Assembly: GCA_029882355.1 (NCBI GenBank) | Contig: JAOUKV010000014.1 | Coordinates: 3,923-67,922, forward strand | Source of the DNA: Gammaproteobacteria bacterium | GTDB taxonomy: Bacteria; Pseudomonadota; Gammaproteobacteria; SZUA-229 | Direction of reading: 5' to 3' | DNA length: 64,000 nt | The notes under the pieces: model-generated | The model's database searches: none | What the model was told of the DNA's origin: nothing | The model's input: only the letters and a program-made list of their open reading frames with translations | Shown here: positions 29,698-41,116 of the stretch, one piece after another | Layout of the letters: every line of letters begins with the position of its first letter | Position numbering within the stretch: the first letter of the stretch is position 1 | Translations under genes and position numbers: made by a program

Positions 29698-29816
29698 GAT
29701 GATAAAACTCCTCGTTAGTAAAGCTTGTATATTTGTTGATTAATATACGTCTAATTTAAGGCGAGTTCTGTGATCAACTTCTACAATTAAGATAAAGTGA
29801 GAGACGGTAAATCGAA

Positions 29817-32708
29817 ATGGCGCAATCTTGTGGGCTAAGCATGCAGGAACTGTGGAACAGTTCACAATTAAGCGGTGGCAGTGCTGCCTGGCTTGAAGCT
29901 CTTTATGAGAATTACCTTAGGAATCCTGCGAGTATTGATACCAGGTGGCGTGAGTTTTTTGATCGATTGCCAGAGGTGGAATCGTGCAATGAAAGCGGTG
30001 CAATTGAGCATGAGGTTCCACATGATGAAGTTCGTCAATATTTCAAATTATTAGCTAAAGAACACCAGCACTGCTCGACGGCATCCAGTGCCCACCTTGT
30101 GGAGCAGGAACAGAAGCAGATTCATGTGTTGCAGTTGATTAATGCTTACCGTTTTCGCGGTCATCAGCAAGCGAATATAAATCCTCTAGAAAAAATACAG
30201 GATGAGAATGTCCCCGAACTCAGTCTTGAATATCATGACTTAAGCAATAATGACTTAAATACTGAGTTTGATACCGGCTCATTGTTTGGTCTTGAAAGTG
30301 CCACTTTGGATACAATTCATAAGATTCTGGTAAAAAGTTATTGTGGCTCAGTGGGTGCTGAGTATATGCATATGCTCAGCACCGAAGAGAAGCGCTGGAT
30401 ACAGCAACGCATAGAAGTAGGTAGTCATGGTACTGAGTTCAGTTTAAAAGAAAAGAAAAATATCCTTTTACAACTAACCGATGCCGAAGGTTTGGAACGA
30501 TTTCTGCACACAAAATATGTAGGTCAGAAAAGATTTTCTCTGGAAGGCGGTGAGTCATTAATTCCATTACTCGATGAGCTAGTGATGCATGCAGGTAAGC
30601 AGGGCGTTAAGGAAGTGGTCATCGGCATGGCGCATCGTGGGCGGCTCAATGTACTGGTAAACATTATGGGAAAGATGCCTGTTGAGTTGTTCAGTGAATT
30701 TGAAGGTACTAAACACATTAAAGAGTTAACCGGTGATGTGAAATACCATCTTGGTTTTTCATCTAATATGAGTACACCCGGTGGACCTGTACATCTTGCG
30801 CTGGCATTTAACCCGTCACATCTTGAGATTGTTGCGCCGGTGGTTGAAGGCTCGGTACGTTCAAGACAATTTAGACGCGGTGACGCTGAAGGCGTCGAAG
30901 TTATTCCAGTACAGATACATGGCGACGCAGCATTTTCTGGGCAGGGCGTGGTCATGGAAACATTGCAGATGTCGCAGTCGCGAGGTTATTCCACCAAAGG
31001 AACTATACACATAATAATCAATAACCAGATTGGTTTTACCACCAGTAATCAGGATGACACGCGTTCAACGCATTATTGCACTGATATTGCAAAGATGGTG
31101 GATGCGCCGATTTTTCATGTTAATGGTGATGACCCTGAGGCTGTGATAGAGGTAACGCGCCTGGCCATTGATTATCGAATGAAATTTAAAAAAGATGTGG
31201 TTGTCGATATGTTGTGTTATCGCCGTCATGGTCACAATGAAGCAGATGAGCCAAAAGCAACACAACCGATGATGTATAAAAAAATATCTGCATTACCAAC
31301 TACGCGTGCTTTGTATGCGCAGCAACTGATTGATGAAGGTAGTCTCGTCAATGAGCAGGCAGAGCAGATGATTGTTGATGTGCGTAAAGCGCTTGAAGCG
31401 GGTGATTGTGTTGTGCCGCATAAGTTACCGGATGATGAAGCCGATACATCTGAGTTGATGGATTGGCAACCTTATACAAGCAGCTCAACACTGGAGGATG
31501 TCGAAACGGGTGTGAGTATCGAGGTGATGCGAAAGCTGAGTGATATCATGCAGCAATTGCCCGATGGCTTTAGTCTTAATCCACGTGTTGCAAAGATAGT
31601 TGAGGATAGACATAAGATGTCCGCAGGTGCACTACCTATTGACTGGGGATACGCTGAAATAATGGCTTATGCGACACTGGTGCACGATGGATTTTCAGTG
31701 CGTCTATCGGGGCAGGATAGTGGTCGCGGTACATTTTTTCATCGCCACGCTGTTTTACATAATCAAAATGAACGTCTTGCCTTTGTACCGATTCGTAGTA
31801 TTGGCAAAGCACAAAATAATTTTCTAGTTATCGATTCACTGTTGTCAGAATTAGCCGTGCTGGCTTTTGAATACGGTTTCTCAACGGCTGACCCAAAAAC
31901 AATGGCAATCTGGGAAGCGCAGTTTGGTGATTTTGCTAATGGCGCACAGGTCGTGATTGATCAATTTATTTCAGCAGGTGAACATAAGTGGGGAAGAGCT
32001 TGCGGTCTGGTGATGTTGTTGCCGCATGGCTATGAAGGTCAGGGCGCTGAACATTCATCAGCAAGGCTTGAACGATTTTTGCAGTTATGCGCAGAACAGA
32101 ATATGCAGGTTTGTGTGCCATCAACACCCGCACAAATTTATCATTTATTACGACGTCAAATGGTGCGCAATTGTAGAAAACCGTTAATTGTAATGACGCC
32201 AAAAAGTTTATTGAGGCACAAGTTGTGCGTCAGCTCACTGGAGGATCTGGCGAGTGGGCATTACCAAAGAGCCATTGCTGAGATTGACAATATTGATCCT
32301 AAAAAAGTCAAACATGTAGTGCTATGTAGCGGCAAGGTCTATTACGATTTACTAGAAAAACGAAGAACAGAGAAATCTGAGAGTGTGGCGATTATAAGGA
32401 TTGAGCAACTTTATCCTTTCCCGGCGAAAGAGCTGAATAAAATGTTGAAGTGTTACACTGAAACCAGTCGCTTGATATGGTGCCAGGAAGAACCAAAAAA
32501 TCAGGGTGCCTGGGATTTTATTGAACCTAGAGCTAATGCCACATTAGACGGGAATTGGCAGCTACATTATGTTGGTCGCGTTTCTTCTTCTGCACCGGCA
32601 GTCGGTTCTGCCAAGTTGCATGCAATACAGCAGACAGAATTAGTTGAGCGCGCCATTATGTTTAATGATCATGTGATTGATGATCATCAGATAAAAAATA
32701 AGAGATAA
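29817..32708 (+). CDS. sucA: 2-oxoglutarate dehydrogenase E1
   Basis: [38 protein letters not shown]. Confidence 0.98.
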   Translation: MAQSCGLSMQELWNSSQLSGGSAAWLEALYENYLRNPASIDTRWREFFDRLPEVESCNESGAIEHEVPHDEVRQYFKLLAKEHQHCSTASSAHLVEQEQKQIHVLQLINAYRFRGHQQANINPLEKIQDENVPELSLEYHDLSNNDLNTEFDTGSLFGLESATLDTIHKILVKSYCGSVGAEYMHMLSTEEKRWIQQRIEVGSHGTEFSLKEKKNILLQLTDAEGLERFLHTKYVGQKRFSLEGGESLIPLLDELVMHAGKQGVKEVVIGMAHRGRLNVLVNIMGKMPVELFSEFEGTKHIKELTGDVKYHLGFSSNMSTPGGPVHLALAFNPSHLEIVAPVVEGSVRSRQFRRGDAEGVEVIPVQIHGDAAFSGQGVVMETLQMSQSRGYSTKGTIHIIINNQIGFTTSNQDDTRSTHYCTDIAKMVDAPIFHVNGDDPEAVIEVTRLAIDYRMKFKKDVVVDMLCYRRHGHNEADEPKATQPMMYKKISALPTTRALYAQQLIDEGSLVNEQAEQMIVDVRKALEAGDCVVPHKLPDDEADTSELMDWQPYTSSSTLEDVETGVSIEVMRKLSDIMQQLPDGFSLNPRVAKIVEDRHKMSAGALPIDWGYAEIMAYATLVHDGFSVRLSGQDSGRGTFFHRHAVLHNQNERLAFVPIRSIGKAQNNFLVIDSLLSELAVLAFEYGFSTADPKTMAIWEAQFGDFANGAQVVIDQFISAGEHKWGRACGLVMLLPHGYEGQGAEHSSARLERFLQLCAEQNMQVCVPSTPAQIYHLLRRQMVRNCRKPLIVMTPKSLLRHKLCVSSLEDLASGHYQRAIAEIDNIDPKKVKHVVLCSGKVYYDLLEKRRTEKSESVAIIRIEQLYPFPAKELNKMLKCYTETSRLIWCQEEPKNQGAWDFIEPRANATLDGNWQLHYVGRVSSSAPAVGSAKLHAIQQTELVERAIMFNDHVIDDHQIKNKR

Positions 32709-32730
32709 ACTCCAAAATGAGTACAGACAA

Positions 32731-33996
32731 ATGAGTATAGAAATCAAGGTTCCTGAGTTACCTGAGTCTATTGCTGATGCAGTGGTGGTCGCCTGGTATA
32801 AGAAACAGGGTGATTCAATCAAACAGGATGAGTCACTGGTTGACCTTGAAACAGATAAAGTGGTGCTAGAGGTTCCGGCAATCAGTTCAGGTGTTATTGA
32901 AAAAATATTTTTTGCAGAAGGTTCGGTAGTAACAGCGGGGCAGGTGTTGGCCATCATAGATGAGGCCGCTGAAGTTTCAGATGCGGAGCCTGGAGAGTCA
33001 TCAGCTAATCAAACTCTAGCATCACCCAGTGCAATGACGATTAAAACCACAGAAGAAATTGTTAGTGATGTGGCAATTAGTCCATCAGCTAGAAAGATGA
33101 TGATGGCCAATGATATTGACGCCTCTATGATAAATGGCAGTGGCAAGCATGGGCGCATACTTAAAGAAGATGTACAGGAATTTATAAATAATAAAAACAC
33201 CTCAAAAGAAACAAATAAAGCCGAGCCAATAATCAGTGAAGTAAATGAAGCGGATAAAGCACGAGCTTTAAGTAAGAAAATTGAATTGACAGGTCAGCGC
33301 ATAGAAAAACGTGTGCCGATGACGAGATTGCGCGCACGCATTGCAGAGCGTTTAGTGCAGGCTCAACAGAATGCCGCAATACTCACTACATTTAATGAAG
33401 TGAATATGAAGCCGGTGATGGAATTACGTGCGCGGCACAAAGATAAATTTCAAAAAGAATACGGTACTAAACTTGGCTTCATGTCTTTTTTTGTAAAGGC
33501 TTCATTGGAGGCATTGAAGAAGTTTCCTGCGGTTAATGCATCCATTGATGGCAGTGATATTGTCTATCACGGTTATTACGATATTGGTGTGGCGGTTTCA
33601 GGTTCCAACGGCCTGGTTGTGCCAGTAGTGCGTAATGCCGAAGAATTGAATATGGCTGAAATTGAGCAGAGTATTGTCGATTATGCAACTAAGGCACGTG
33701 ATAACAAATTGAGTCTTGAAGAGATTACCGGCGGCACATTTACTATTTCAAATGGTGGGGTGTTTGGTTCGATGTTATCGACACCAATTCTTAATCCACC
33801 GCAAAGCGCAATATTGGGTATGCATACCATTAAAGAAAGAGCCATGGTTGTTGATGGCGAGGTCGTGGTTTTGCCAATGATGTATTTAGCGCTTTCTTAT
33901 GATCACCGCATTATTGATGGACGTGAAGCTGTACAGTTTCTGGTGACGATAAAAGACATGCTGGAAGACCCCTCAAGGATGTTATTGGGCATCTAA
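32731..33996 (+). CDS. sucB: Dihydrolipoamide succinyltransferase E2
   Basis: Lipoyl ETDKV, E3-binding GSGK.GRI.KEDV, catalytic SYDHRIIDG. Confidence 0.98.
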   Translation: MSIEIKVPELPESIADAVVVAWYKKQGDSIKQDESLVDLETDKVVLEVPAISSGVIEKIFFAEGSVVTAGQVLAIIDEAAEVSDAEPGESSANQTLASPSAMTIKTTEEIVSDVAISPSARKMMMANDIDASMINGSGKHGRILKEDVQEFINNKNTSKETNKAEPIISEVNEADKARALSKKIELTGQRIEKRVPMTRLRARIAERLVQAQQNAAILTTFNEVNMKPVMELRARHKDKFQKEYGTKLGFMSFFVKASLEALKKFPAVNASIDGSDIVYHGYYDIGVAVSGSNGLVVPVVRNAEELNMAEIEQSIVDYATKARDNKLSLEEITGGTFTISNGGVFGSMLSTPILNPPQSAILGMHTIKERAMVVDGEVVVLPMMYLALSYDHRIIDGREAVQFLVTIKDMLEDPSRMLLGI

Positions 33997-34011
33997 TTGA
34001 CGAGGTGAGTA

Positions 34012-35442
34012 ATGAATAAAAAATACGATGTGGTTGTAATTGGTGCTGGCCCTGCAGGTTATGTGGCAGCAATACGCTGTTCGCAATTAGGTTTAAGTGT
34101 GGCTTGCGTTGATGAGTGGCATAACCATCAAGGTGAATCATCTCTGGGTGGCACCTGTTTGAATGTTGGTTGTATTCCATCAAAAGCCTTACTGGAATCT
34201 TCACATTTATTTTCAGTGTCACAAAATGAATTTAGCGATCACGGTATCACCGTCGGGAAAGCGAAGATTGATGTGTCTGTGATGATGGCACGTAAAGATA
34301 AAGTTGTTGGTGATTTAACAAACGGTATTAAAGCGTTATTAAAAGCAAATAAAGTAGATTTTATTCATGGTCATGCTCGATTGTCTCAAGGTAAAAAAGT
34401 TAAAGTTCATGAGCGTGACGGTAAGAAAATAGTTGAAAGACTGGAAGCAGAAAATATCATTCTTGCAGCAGGTTCTTCCTCGGTACATCTGGATCAGGCA
34501 CCACTCGATCAAAAATACATCGTTGATTCCACCGGTGCGCTTGAGTTTGATGCGGTGCCAAAACGTCTGGGGATAATTGGTGCGGGTGCTATTGGCCTTG
34601 AGCTAGGTAGTGTCTGGTCGCGTCTGGGTTCAGAAGTGGTACTGATTGAGGCCATGGATGAATTTTTGACGATAGCTGACCAGCAAATTGCGCGTGCAGC
34701 ATTTCGTAGTTATAAAAATCAGGGTTTAGATATTCGCATCAATGCACGATTAGTCTCTGCCATGGTTAAGGGCAAGGAAGTGCAGGTAACTTATGAAGAT
34801 ACCCGCGGTGCGCAGAAAGTGGTGTTCGACAAATTGATTGTTGCGGTAGGTCGCAAACCCAATAGCGATACCATGTTCGGTGATGAAATGGAGCTGGCTA
34901 TAGATGAGCGCTCTTTTGTGCACGTGAATAAACATTGTGAAACCAGCGTGCCGGGCATTTACGCTATTGGCGATATTGTGCGCGGTCCGATGTTGGCGCA
35001 CAAAGGTTCTGAAGAAGGCATGATGGTGGCCGAGCGCATTGCAGGCCAGTCATCGAGTATTAATTATGATCACATTCCTTCAGTGATTTACACGCAGCCA
35101 GAAATTTCCTGGGTAGGCAAAAACGAGCAGGCCTGTGAAGCAGAAGGCATACCGGTAAATATTGGTGTCTTCCCTATGGCCGCCAGTGGTCGTGCACGGG
35201 CCATGGGCTTAAGTGAAGGACTGGTGAAAATTATTGCACATAAAGAAACCGACCGTGTGCTCGGTGTGCATATTTTCTCCGTTCAGGCATCTGAGCTAAT
35301 TGCACAAGCAGTCACTGCGATGGAATTGGAGGCCAGTGCTGAGGATATAGCCATGACAATATTCGCACATCCAACGTTGGCGGAGTCTATTCACGAGGCG
35401 GCTTTGGCTGTCGACAAACGAGCTATTCATATTAAGAACTGA
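34012..35442 (+). CDS. lpdA: Dihydrolipoamide dehydrogenase E3
   Basis: GAGPAG, GGTCLNVGCIPSK, HPTLAE. Confidence 0.98.
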   Translation: MNKKYDVVVIGAGPAGYVAAIRCSQLGLSVACVDEWHNHQGESSLGGTCLNVGCIPSKALLESSHLFSVSQNEFSDHGITVGKAKIDVSVMMARKDKVVGDLTNGIKALLKANKVDFIHGHARLSQGKKVKVHERDGKKIVERLEAENIILAAGSSSVHLDQAPLDQKYIVDSTGALEFDAVPKRLGIIGAGAIGLELGSVWSRLGSEVVLIEAMDEFLTIADQQIARAAFRSYKNQGLDIRINARLVSAMVKGKEVQVTYEDTRGAQKVVFDKLIVAVGRKPNSDTMFGDEMELAIDERSFVHVNKHCETSVPGIYAIGDIVRGPMLAHKGSEEGMMVAERIAGQSSSINYDHIPSVIYTQPEISWVGKNEQACEAEGIPVNIGVFPMAASGRARAMGLSEGLVKIIAHKETDRVLGVHIFSVQASELIAQAVTAMELEASAEDIAMTIFAHPTLAESIHEAALAVDKRAIHIKN

Positions 35443-35488
35443 TTAAACGCCGTATAATAAGCGCAGTTCAAAACAAAGAAGGTAAGTA

Positions 35489-36655
35489 ATGAATTTACAC
35501 GAGTATCAGGCAAAACAGGTCTTTGCCAAATACGGTCTACCAGTGCCGAATAATCGGGTAGTACAATCAACCGCTGATGTTGGTGCTGCGGTAAATGCAC
35601 TCGAAGGCAATCGATGGGTGGTTAAAGCTCAGGTGCATGCAGGTGGTCGCGGCAAGGCGGGCGGTGTCAAGCTGGTCGATGATATGGAGACACTGAAGCA
35701 GACGGTAGGAGAAATGCTCGGTTCACGTCTGGTGACTATACAGACCGGCGCAGAAGGACAGCCAGTGAATCATGTGCTGATTGAAGAAATCTGTGATATC
35801 AAGCGTGAGCTCTATGTAGGCGCTGTGATAGATCGCTCTAGCCGCCGTGTTGTTTTGATGGCATCCACCGAAGGCGGTGTAGAAATTGAAAAAGTGGCCG
35901 AAGAAACGCCGGAAAAAATTCTTAAAACCAGTATTAATCCTCTGACGGGATTTCAGCCGTTTCAAGGTCGAGAGCTGGCCTTTGGCCTGGGTCTGGAAGG
36001 CGATCAGATCAAGCAATTCTCAAAAATGCTCGCGGGTCTGGCTAAAATGTTTGTTGAGAAAGACCTGAGCCTGGTCGAAATTAATCCACTGGTGGTCACT
36101 AAATCGGGTGATTTGATTTGTCTGGATGGAAAAATAAATATTGATGATAATGCGCTCTATCGTCAGGCAGACTTACTGGCCATGCGTGATGTGGCACAGG
36201 AAGACGAGCGCGAAAACCGCGCCAAGGAATGGGATTTAAATTACATCTCACTGGACGGCGATATTGGCTGCATGGTTAATGGTGCCGGTCTGGCCATGGC
36301 AACCATGGATCTAATCAAGCTTTGTGGTGGTGAACCGGCAAACTTTCTCGATGTCGGTGGCGGCGCAACCAAAGAACGTGTCGCTGAGGCGTTTAAAATT
36401 ATTCTCTCCGATAAAAACGTCAAAGGCATACTGGTGAATATTTTTGGTGGTATCGTGCGTTGTGATCTCATCGCAGAAGGCATTATCGGGGCCGCCGAAG
36501 AAGTGGATTTGAACGTGCCGGTGGTGGTACGTCTGGAAGGCAACAATGCAGAAAGAGGTACACAATTGCTGAACGAATCGAATTTGAATTTAATCGCTGC
36601 TACAGGTTTAACCGATGCCGCAGAAAAAATCGTTAGCGAGGTCAAAGCATCATGA
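35489..36655 (+). CDS. sucC: Succinyl-CoA synthetase beta subunit
   Basis: [39 protein letters not shown]. Confidence 0.98.
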   Translation: MNLHEYQAKQVFAKYGLPVPNNRVVQSTADVGAAVNALEGNRWVVKAQVHAGGRGKAGGVKLVDDMETLKQTVGEMLGSRLVTIQTGAEGQPVNHVLIEEICDIKRELYVGAVIDRSSRRVVLMASTEGGVEIEKVAEETPEKILKTSINPLTGFQPFQGRELAFGLGLEGDQIKQFSKMLAGLAKMFVEKDLSLVEINPLVVTKSGDLICLDGKINIDDNALYRQADLLAMRDVAQEDERENRAKEWDLNYISLDGDIGCMVNGAGLAMATMDLIKLCGGEPANFLDVGGGATKERVAEAFKIILSDKNVKGILVNIFGGIVRCDLIAEGIIGAAEEVDLNVPVVVRLEGNNAERGTQLLNESNLNLIAATGLTDAAEKIVSEVKAS

Positions 36656-37524
36656 GTGTACTCGTTAATAAAGGCACTAGAGTTATTTGTCAGGGCTTTA
36701 CTGGGAAACAGGGTACATTCCATTCCGAGCAGGCGATTGCCTACGGCACAAAAATGGTCGGTGGTGTGACGCCGGGTAAAGGTGGGCAAACTCATCTGGA
36801 TTTACCCGTATTCAATACTGTGCGTGAAGCTGTAGATGAAACCGGTGCAACCGCTTCGGTCATTTATGTGCCAGCACCGTTCTGCAAAGATTCCATGCTC
36901 GAGGCGATAGATGCAGGTGTTGATCTCATTGTGTGCATCACCGAAGGTATTCCAACGCTGGATATGCTGGAAGTGAAAATGGCGGCTGATAGTGTAGGTG
37001 TAAGAATTATCGGTCCCAACTGCCCGGGTATCATTACTCCCGGCGAATGCAAAATCGGCATCATGCCCGGCTCGATTCACCTGCCCGGTAAAGTCGGTGT
37101 GGTTTCACGCTCCGGGACATTGACTTATGAGGCAGTAAAACAAACGACTGATTTAGGTTTTGGCCAGAGCACATGTATTGGCATTGGCGGTGATCCCATA
37201 CCGGGCACCAGTTTTATCGATGCGCTCAGGCTGTTCGAGCATGACGATCAAACTGAGGCAATATTGATGGTTGGTGAAATCGGCGGCAGCGCCGAGGAAG
37301 AAGCGGCTGAATTCATTCAATTGGAGATTTCCAAGCCTGTAACTGCCTTTATAGCTGGTGGCACCGCGCCCAAAGGTAAGCGAATGGGGCATGCAGGTGC
37401 CATTATTGCCGGTGGCAAAGGCACTGCCGAAGAGAAATTTGCAGCCCTGGAATCTGCGGGTGTATATATCGTACGTTCACCGGCAGAATTAGGGCAGGGT
37501 GTGAAGGCAGCGACCGGCTGGTAG
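36652..37524 (+). CDS. sucD: Succinyl-CoA synthetase alpha subunit
   Basis: [32 protein letters not shown]. Confidence 0.98.
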   Translation: MSVLVNKGTRVICQGFTGKQGTFHSEQAIAYGTKMVGGVTPGKGGQTHLDLPVFNTVREAVDETGATASVIYVPAPFCKDSMLEAIDAGVDLIVCITEGIPTLDMLEVKMAADSVGVRIIGPNCPGIITPGECKIGIMPGSIHLPGKVGVVSRSGTLTYEAVKQTTDLGFGQSTCIGIGGDPIPGTSFIDALRLFEHDDQTEAILMVGEIGGSAEEEAAEFIQLEISKPVTAFIAGGTAPKGKRMGHAGAIIAGGKGTAEEKFAALESAGVYIVRSPAELGQGVKAATGW

Positions 37525-37738
37525 GGTATAATATCAGCATCGCTTGTAGGGGGCAGGGCCTTTATTAGTTGTAAGAATGCGTTCGATCATCAAGAAGTTT
37601 TATCTCCTTATATGTGTCATCTCGCTGTAACTTACTAATTGCGTTAAATAAATAATAAATTCGAACTTGATTTGTGTCAGTTGGTGCTCGTTCCCATGTG
37701 ATAACTTGTCGGTATTTATGAATTGGATCGGGGAATGT

Positions 37739-38551
37739 ATGCAAACAACCATTGAAGCACAAAAAGCAGCGGGTATATTCAGGCATAAGGAAGACCGCTG
37801 GCCAGTAATGGTTGTGTTAATGCTAACCGCTTTAGATTTTTACATGTATTTTACCGTTAGTAATCTGACTGTCTTGTTTTCCTACTATCTGTTGATGCTT
37901 ATTCCAAAAGGTATTATTTGCGCGTGGAATCACCATCACCAACATATTTTTACCTTCCGAAATACCGCACTAAATCGTGGCCTGGAGTTTGCCTACGCTT
38001 TGCACACTGGCGTAACTACACATCTCTGGCGTTTGCACCATGTGCTCGGCCATCATTTGAATTTTCTTGATCAGGAAAAAGATGAGAGTCGCTGGAAGCG
38101 TAAAAATGGCAAAAAAATGGGTATGATTGAATATACGCTGAATGTTGCAATAACCGCGTATTCGCGTGGGTATACCGTAGGTAAAAGATACCCTAAACAG
38201 TTAAAGCCCTTTCTGATATACACGACAATCACATTTCTTATTGTTGCTCTGCTAGTTTGGTATAAACCTGTGGCAGGTTTTATGTTATTTGTTTTGCCAA
38301 TGATAACGAGTTTGCTGTTTACCGCTTATGCGACTTATGACCACCATTCAGGCCTTGATACAGAAAATGAATTTGAAGCTTCACGTAATAAAATGAGCCC
38401 GGTATTCAATTTTTTGACAGGGAATCTTGGTTACCACACAGCGCATCACCACAAACAAGGTGTTCACTGGTCGAAGTTGCCCGCATTACATGAAAAAATT
38501 AAAGATAAGATTCCCGAGTACCTTTACCAGAAACCTGTGATCAATATCTGA
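37739..38551 (+). CDS. Membrane fatty acid desaturase family protein
   Basis: His boxes NHHHQH, HHVLGHH and YHTAHH; TM segments; start reassigned to 37739. Confidence 0.85.
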   Translation: MQTTIEAQKAAGIFRHKEDRWPVMVVLMLTALDFYMYFTVSNLTVLFSYYLLMLIPKGIICAWNHHHQHIFTFRNTALNRGLEFAYALHTGVTTHLWRLHHVLGHHLNFLDQEKDESRWKRKNGKKMGMIEYTLNVAITAYSRGYTVGKRYPKQLKPFLIYTTITFLIVALLVWYKPVAGFMLFVLPMITSLLFTAYATYDHHSGLDTENEFEASRNKMSPVFNFLTGNLGYHTAHHHKQGVHWSKLPALHEKIKDKIPEYLYQKPVINI

Positions 38552-38601
38552 TTTATAGACGCAATTTGTTTTTAAAAGTAATCGTTATAAGTTTAAATTG
38601 A

Positions 38602-38790
38602 TTACCTGTTAATAATGTTGTTGAGTTGGCGGTTATGTAACTTGCTCAAGCAGAGCAGTGACGTAATAGCACCCAACAATGCACACCCAGATATAATCCT
38701 GAGTTCCCAGAAATGCATCTTCAGCTTCCTCGCTGAGCAGAACAACGCACCCTAAATTAATTCGTAGAAAGCAATGAATGCCAGATAGCA
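38602..38790 (-). pseudogene. Degraded C-terminal remnant of a DUF2238 (YjdF-like) inner-membrane protein gene
   Basis: Minus-strand pieces in different frames: LAFIAFYELI* / VVLLSEEAEDAFLGTQDYIW / ALLGAITSLLCLSKLHNRQL. They match the DUF2238 tail (YELIEW...AFLGTQG..WD...LSK.H.RQL) with a stop, a frameshift and a deletion. Confidence 0.72.
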
Positions 38791-38879
38791 TTGGTGAGAT
38801 TGGATCAATACCTTGTTATATTAATGGTTAAATGATGTAATGACAGTACTTTATAATTGAGCTGTCTCAGAGAGTTAAT

Positions 38880-40067
38880 ATGGAAATAATGCAGGGTGAA
38901 CGTAAGCTTAGTTTTGAATTTAATGGTAATGCTAGTGAATATTTTAAAATATGGATAGTAAATATTGCACTATCTATTGTTACTTTAGGCATTTATTCGG
39001 CCTGGGCAAAGGTTAGAACTAAGCGCTATTTTTATGGCAACACTACGCTTGATGGTTCTAGCTTTGAGTATCATGCTGATCCACTGAGTATTCTTAAAGG
39101 TCGTTTAATCGTGCTTGCAGTGATTATCGTCTATATGTTTGCCACTCAGTTTGTACCAATGCTTGAAGCGGCATTTATACTAATTTATCTGGTTGCCTTG
39201 CCATGGATGATAGTCAAATCGATGCAATTTAATGCGCGTAACTCCTCATATAGAAATATCCGTTTTGATTTTGAGGGCACATTAAAAGAAGCCGCAGTAT
39301 TATTTATCGGTGTAGGCATGCTAACCATTGTTACACTTGGTCTGGCAACGCCTTACTTCATAAAACGCTTCAAACAATTCTCCATAGAAAATAGTTATTT
39401 TGGCACGACACCATTCAGCTTTAGTGCTACTACGGGTGATTTTTATCGTATTTATTTAAGGGCAATGATTATTCCGCTGGTTATTGCTGTTATTGGTATT
39501 CTTGCAGCTATCGCGATTCCGGCTTATCAAGCTGTTAATTCTCCGCAGTTACCAACGCAGCAAGTAGAGCAGGCGCAGGTAATGACGCCAGAGCAAAAAC
39601 AGGAAGAAATGCAACGTCAGATTGATGAAATAACAGCGAATGCAAATATGCAGAGTAATGCCGGTAGTCAGGGTAATGTTCAGGCAGAGCTTGAGGCGGC
39701 GGCTGGCATGGCCGCAGCAGCAACCTTTGGAATTACTATGGCATTATATTTATTGATAGGCATTTATATACAGACGCGTACCGCAAATCTTGTGCTTTGT
39801 AGCACAGCCCTGGAAGAACATGAGCTAGTTAGTACGTTGCGTGTGCGTAATATGTTTTATATTTATGTGACAAATATCATTGCTGTAATTGTGAGCCTGG
39901 GATTATTGATTCCATGGTGCAAGATACGTTTAACTCGCTATAGACTAAATAATCTTTCGTTAGTAGCGCAGGGCGATATCGATGGTTTTATTGCTAATGA
40001 GCGAGATAATGTTAAAGCTACTGCAGGTGAGTTCGCTGATGCCTTTGATCTTGATATGGGTTTTTAG
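38880..40067 (+). CDS. YjgN/DUF898 family membrane protein
   Basis: F.G...EYF.IWIVN..LSIVTLGIYSAWAKVR...YFYGNT, RN..YRNIRF.F. Confidence 0.92.
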   Translation: MEIMQGERKLSFEFNGNASEYFKIWIVNIALSIVTLGIYSAWAKVRTKRYFYGNTTLDGSSFEYHADPLSILKGRLIVLAVIIVYMFATQFVPMLEAAFILIYLVALPWMIVKSMQFNARNSSYRNIRFDFEGTLKEAAVLFIGVGMLTIVTLGLATPYFIKRFKQFSIENSYFGTTPFSFSATTGDFYRIYLRAMIIPLVIAVIGILAAIAIPAYQAVNSPQLPTQQVEQAQVMTPEQKQEEMQRQIDEITANANMQSNAGSQGNVQAELEAAAGMAAAATFGITMALYLLIGIYIQTRTANLVLCSTALEEHELVSTLRVRNMFYIYVTNIIAVIVSLGLLIPWCKIRLTRYRLNNLSLVAQGDIDGFIANERDNVKATAGEFADAFDLDMGF

Positions 40068-40070
40068 TAG

Positions 40071-41078
40071 GTGAAGAAAACGCAGGCAGAGTATTATGAT
40101 GGCGTAAGCTCAAATTCAACACCGGTTGCACTTGAGCTGCATGATGATGGCAGTCTATGTATTAGTGGTAAAGGCGTTAGCAAGCTCTGCTTACTAAATG
40201 ATGTTAGTTTTAGTCCAAGGCTGGGCAATATCCCCAGAGTAATTACGTTGCCGGACAATGCAACCTGTCATGTGCATGATAATGATCTTATTGATGCCTT
40301 TCTGAAAATGCACAAAAAGGGTGATGCCTCATCGATAATTCATTTGCTTGAAAGTCGAATTGTATTTGTTCTGGCAGCAGTCCTGTTTACCCTGTTTTTT
40401 TCATGGGGCATGTTTGCTTATGGTGTTCCCTATTTTTCCAGGCAGATTGCTTTTAACCTGCCCATCGAAGTAGATCGTTCCTTAGGGCAGGGTACGCTTG
40501 AAGCAATGGATAAGATTGTATTTACCGATTCAGTGATGGCAGTAGAAAGGCGGCATCGACTAGCCAGTCGATTTGATGAAATGAAATCGAGTGTTGAAGG
40601 TGCGCAGGATTATAAATTGCTGTTCAGGCATGGTAATGAAATTGGTGCTAACGCATTTGCCTTACCGTCGGGCATTATCGTTGTGACAGATGAGCTGGTA
40701 GAGCTGAGTGAACATGATGATGAAGTCATTGCTGTGATAGCTCATGAGATAGGGCATCTGGCATACAGGCATTCTGTGCGTATGGTATTGCAGAATTCGG
40801 CAGTGGCTGTTTTGGTCTCAACAGTTACCGGAGATCCTTTTTCAACTTCATCAATAGTTGTTGCGCTGCCAACATTGCTGGCTAATGCCAATTATTCTCG
40901 AGAGTTTGAGCGAGAAGCTGATAATTATGCGTACCAGTATTTAACGACTAACGAAATGCCGCTGGATTCATTTGCTATTATTCTTGAGAAAATCACAGAG
41001 TCAGAAACGGAGCGTGGAATTGAAAATTATCTTTCTTCTCATCCGGTGACCAGTGAGCGAATAGGGCGTTTTAAATAG
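40071..41078 (+). CDS. M48 family metallopeptidase (YjgN partner)
   Basis: ANAFALP.G, AHEIGH (HExxH), YSREFEREAD, SSHP. Confidence 0.92.
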   Translation: MKKTQAEYYDGVSSNSTPVALELHDDGSLCISGKGVSKLCLLNDVSFSPRLGNIPRVITLPDNATCHVHDNDLIDAFLKMHKKGDASSIIHLLESRIVFVLAAVLFTLFFSWGMFAYGVPYFSRQIAFNLPIEVDRSLGQGTLEAMDKIVFTDSVMAVERRHRLASRFDEMKSSVEGAQDYKLLFRHGNEIGANAFALPSGIIVVTDELVELSEHDDEVIAVIAHEIGHLAYRHSVRMVLQNSAVAVLVSTVTGDPFSTSSIVVALPTLLANANYSREFEREADNYAYQYLTTNEMPLDSFAIILEKITESETERGIENYLSSHPVTSERIGRFK

Positions 41079-41116
41079 TGGTCTGATGCCAGCATTAACT
41101 GACAAAATCAATCATT

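Noticed and set aside
29769-29785. CRP-like TGTGA site upstream of sucA
   Set aside because: The second half-site does not match at the required spacing
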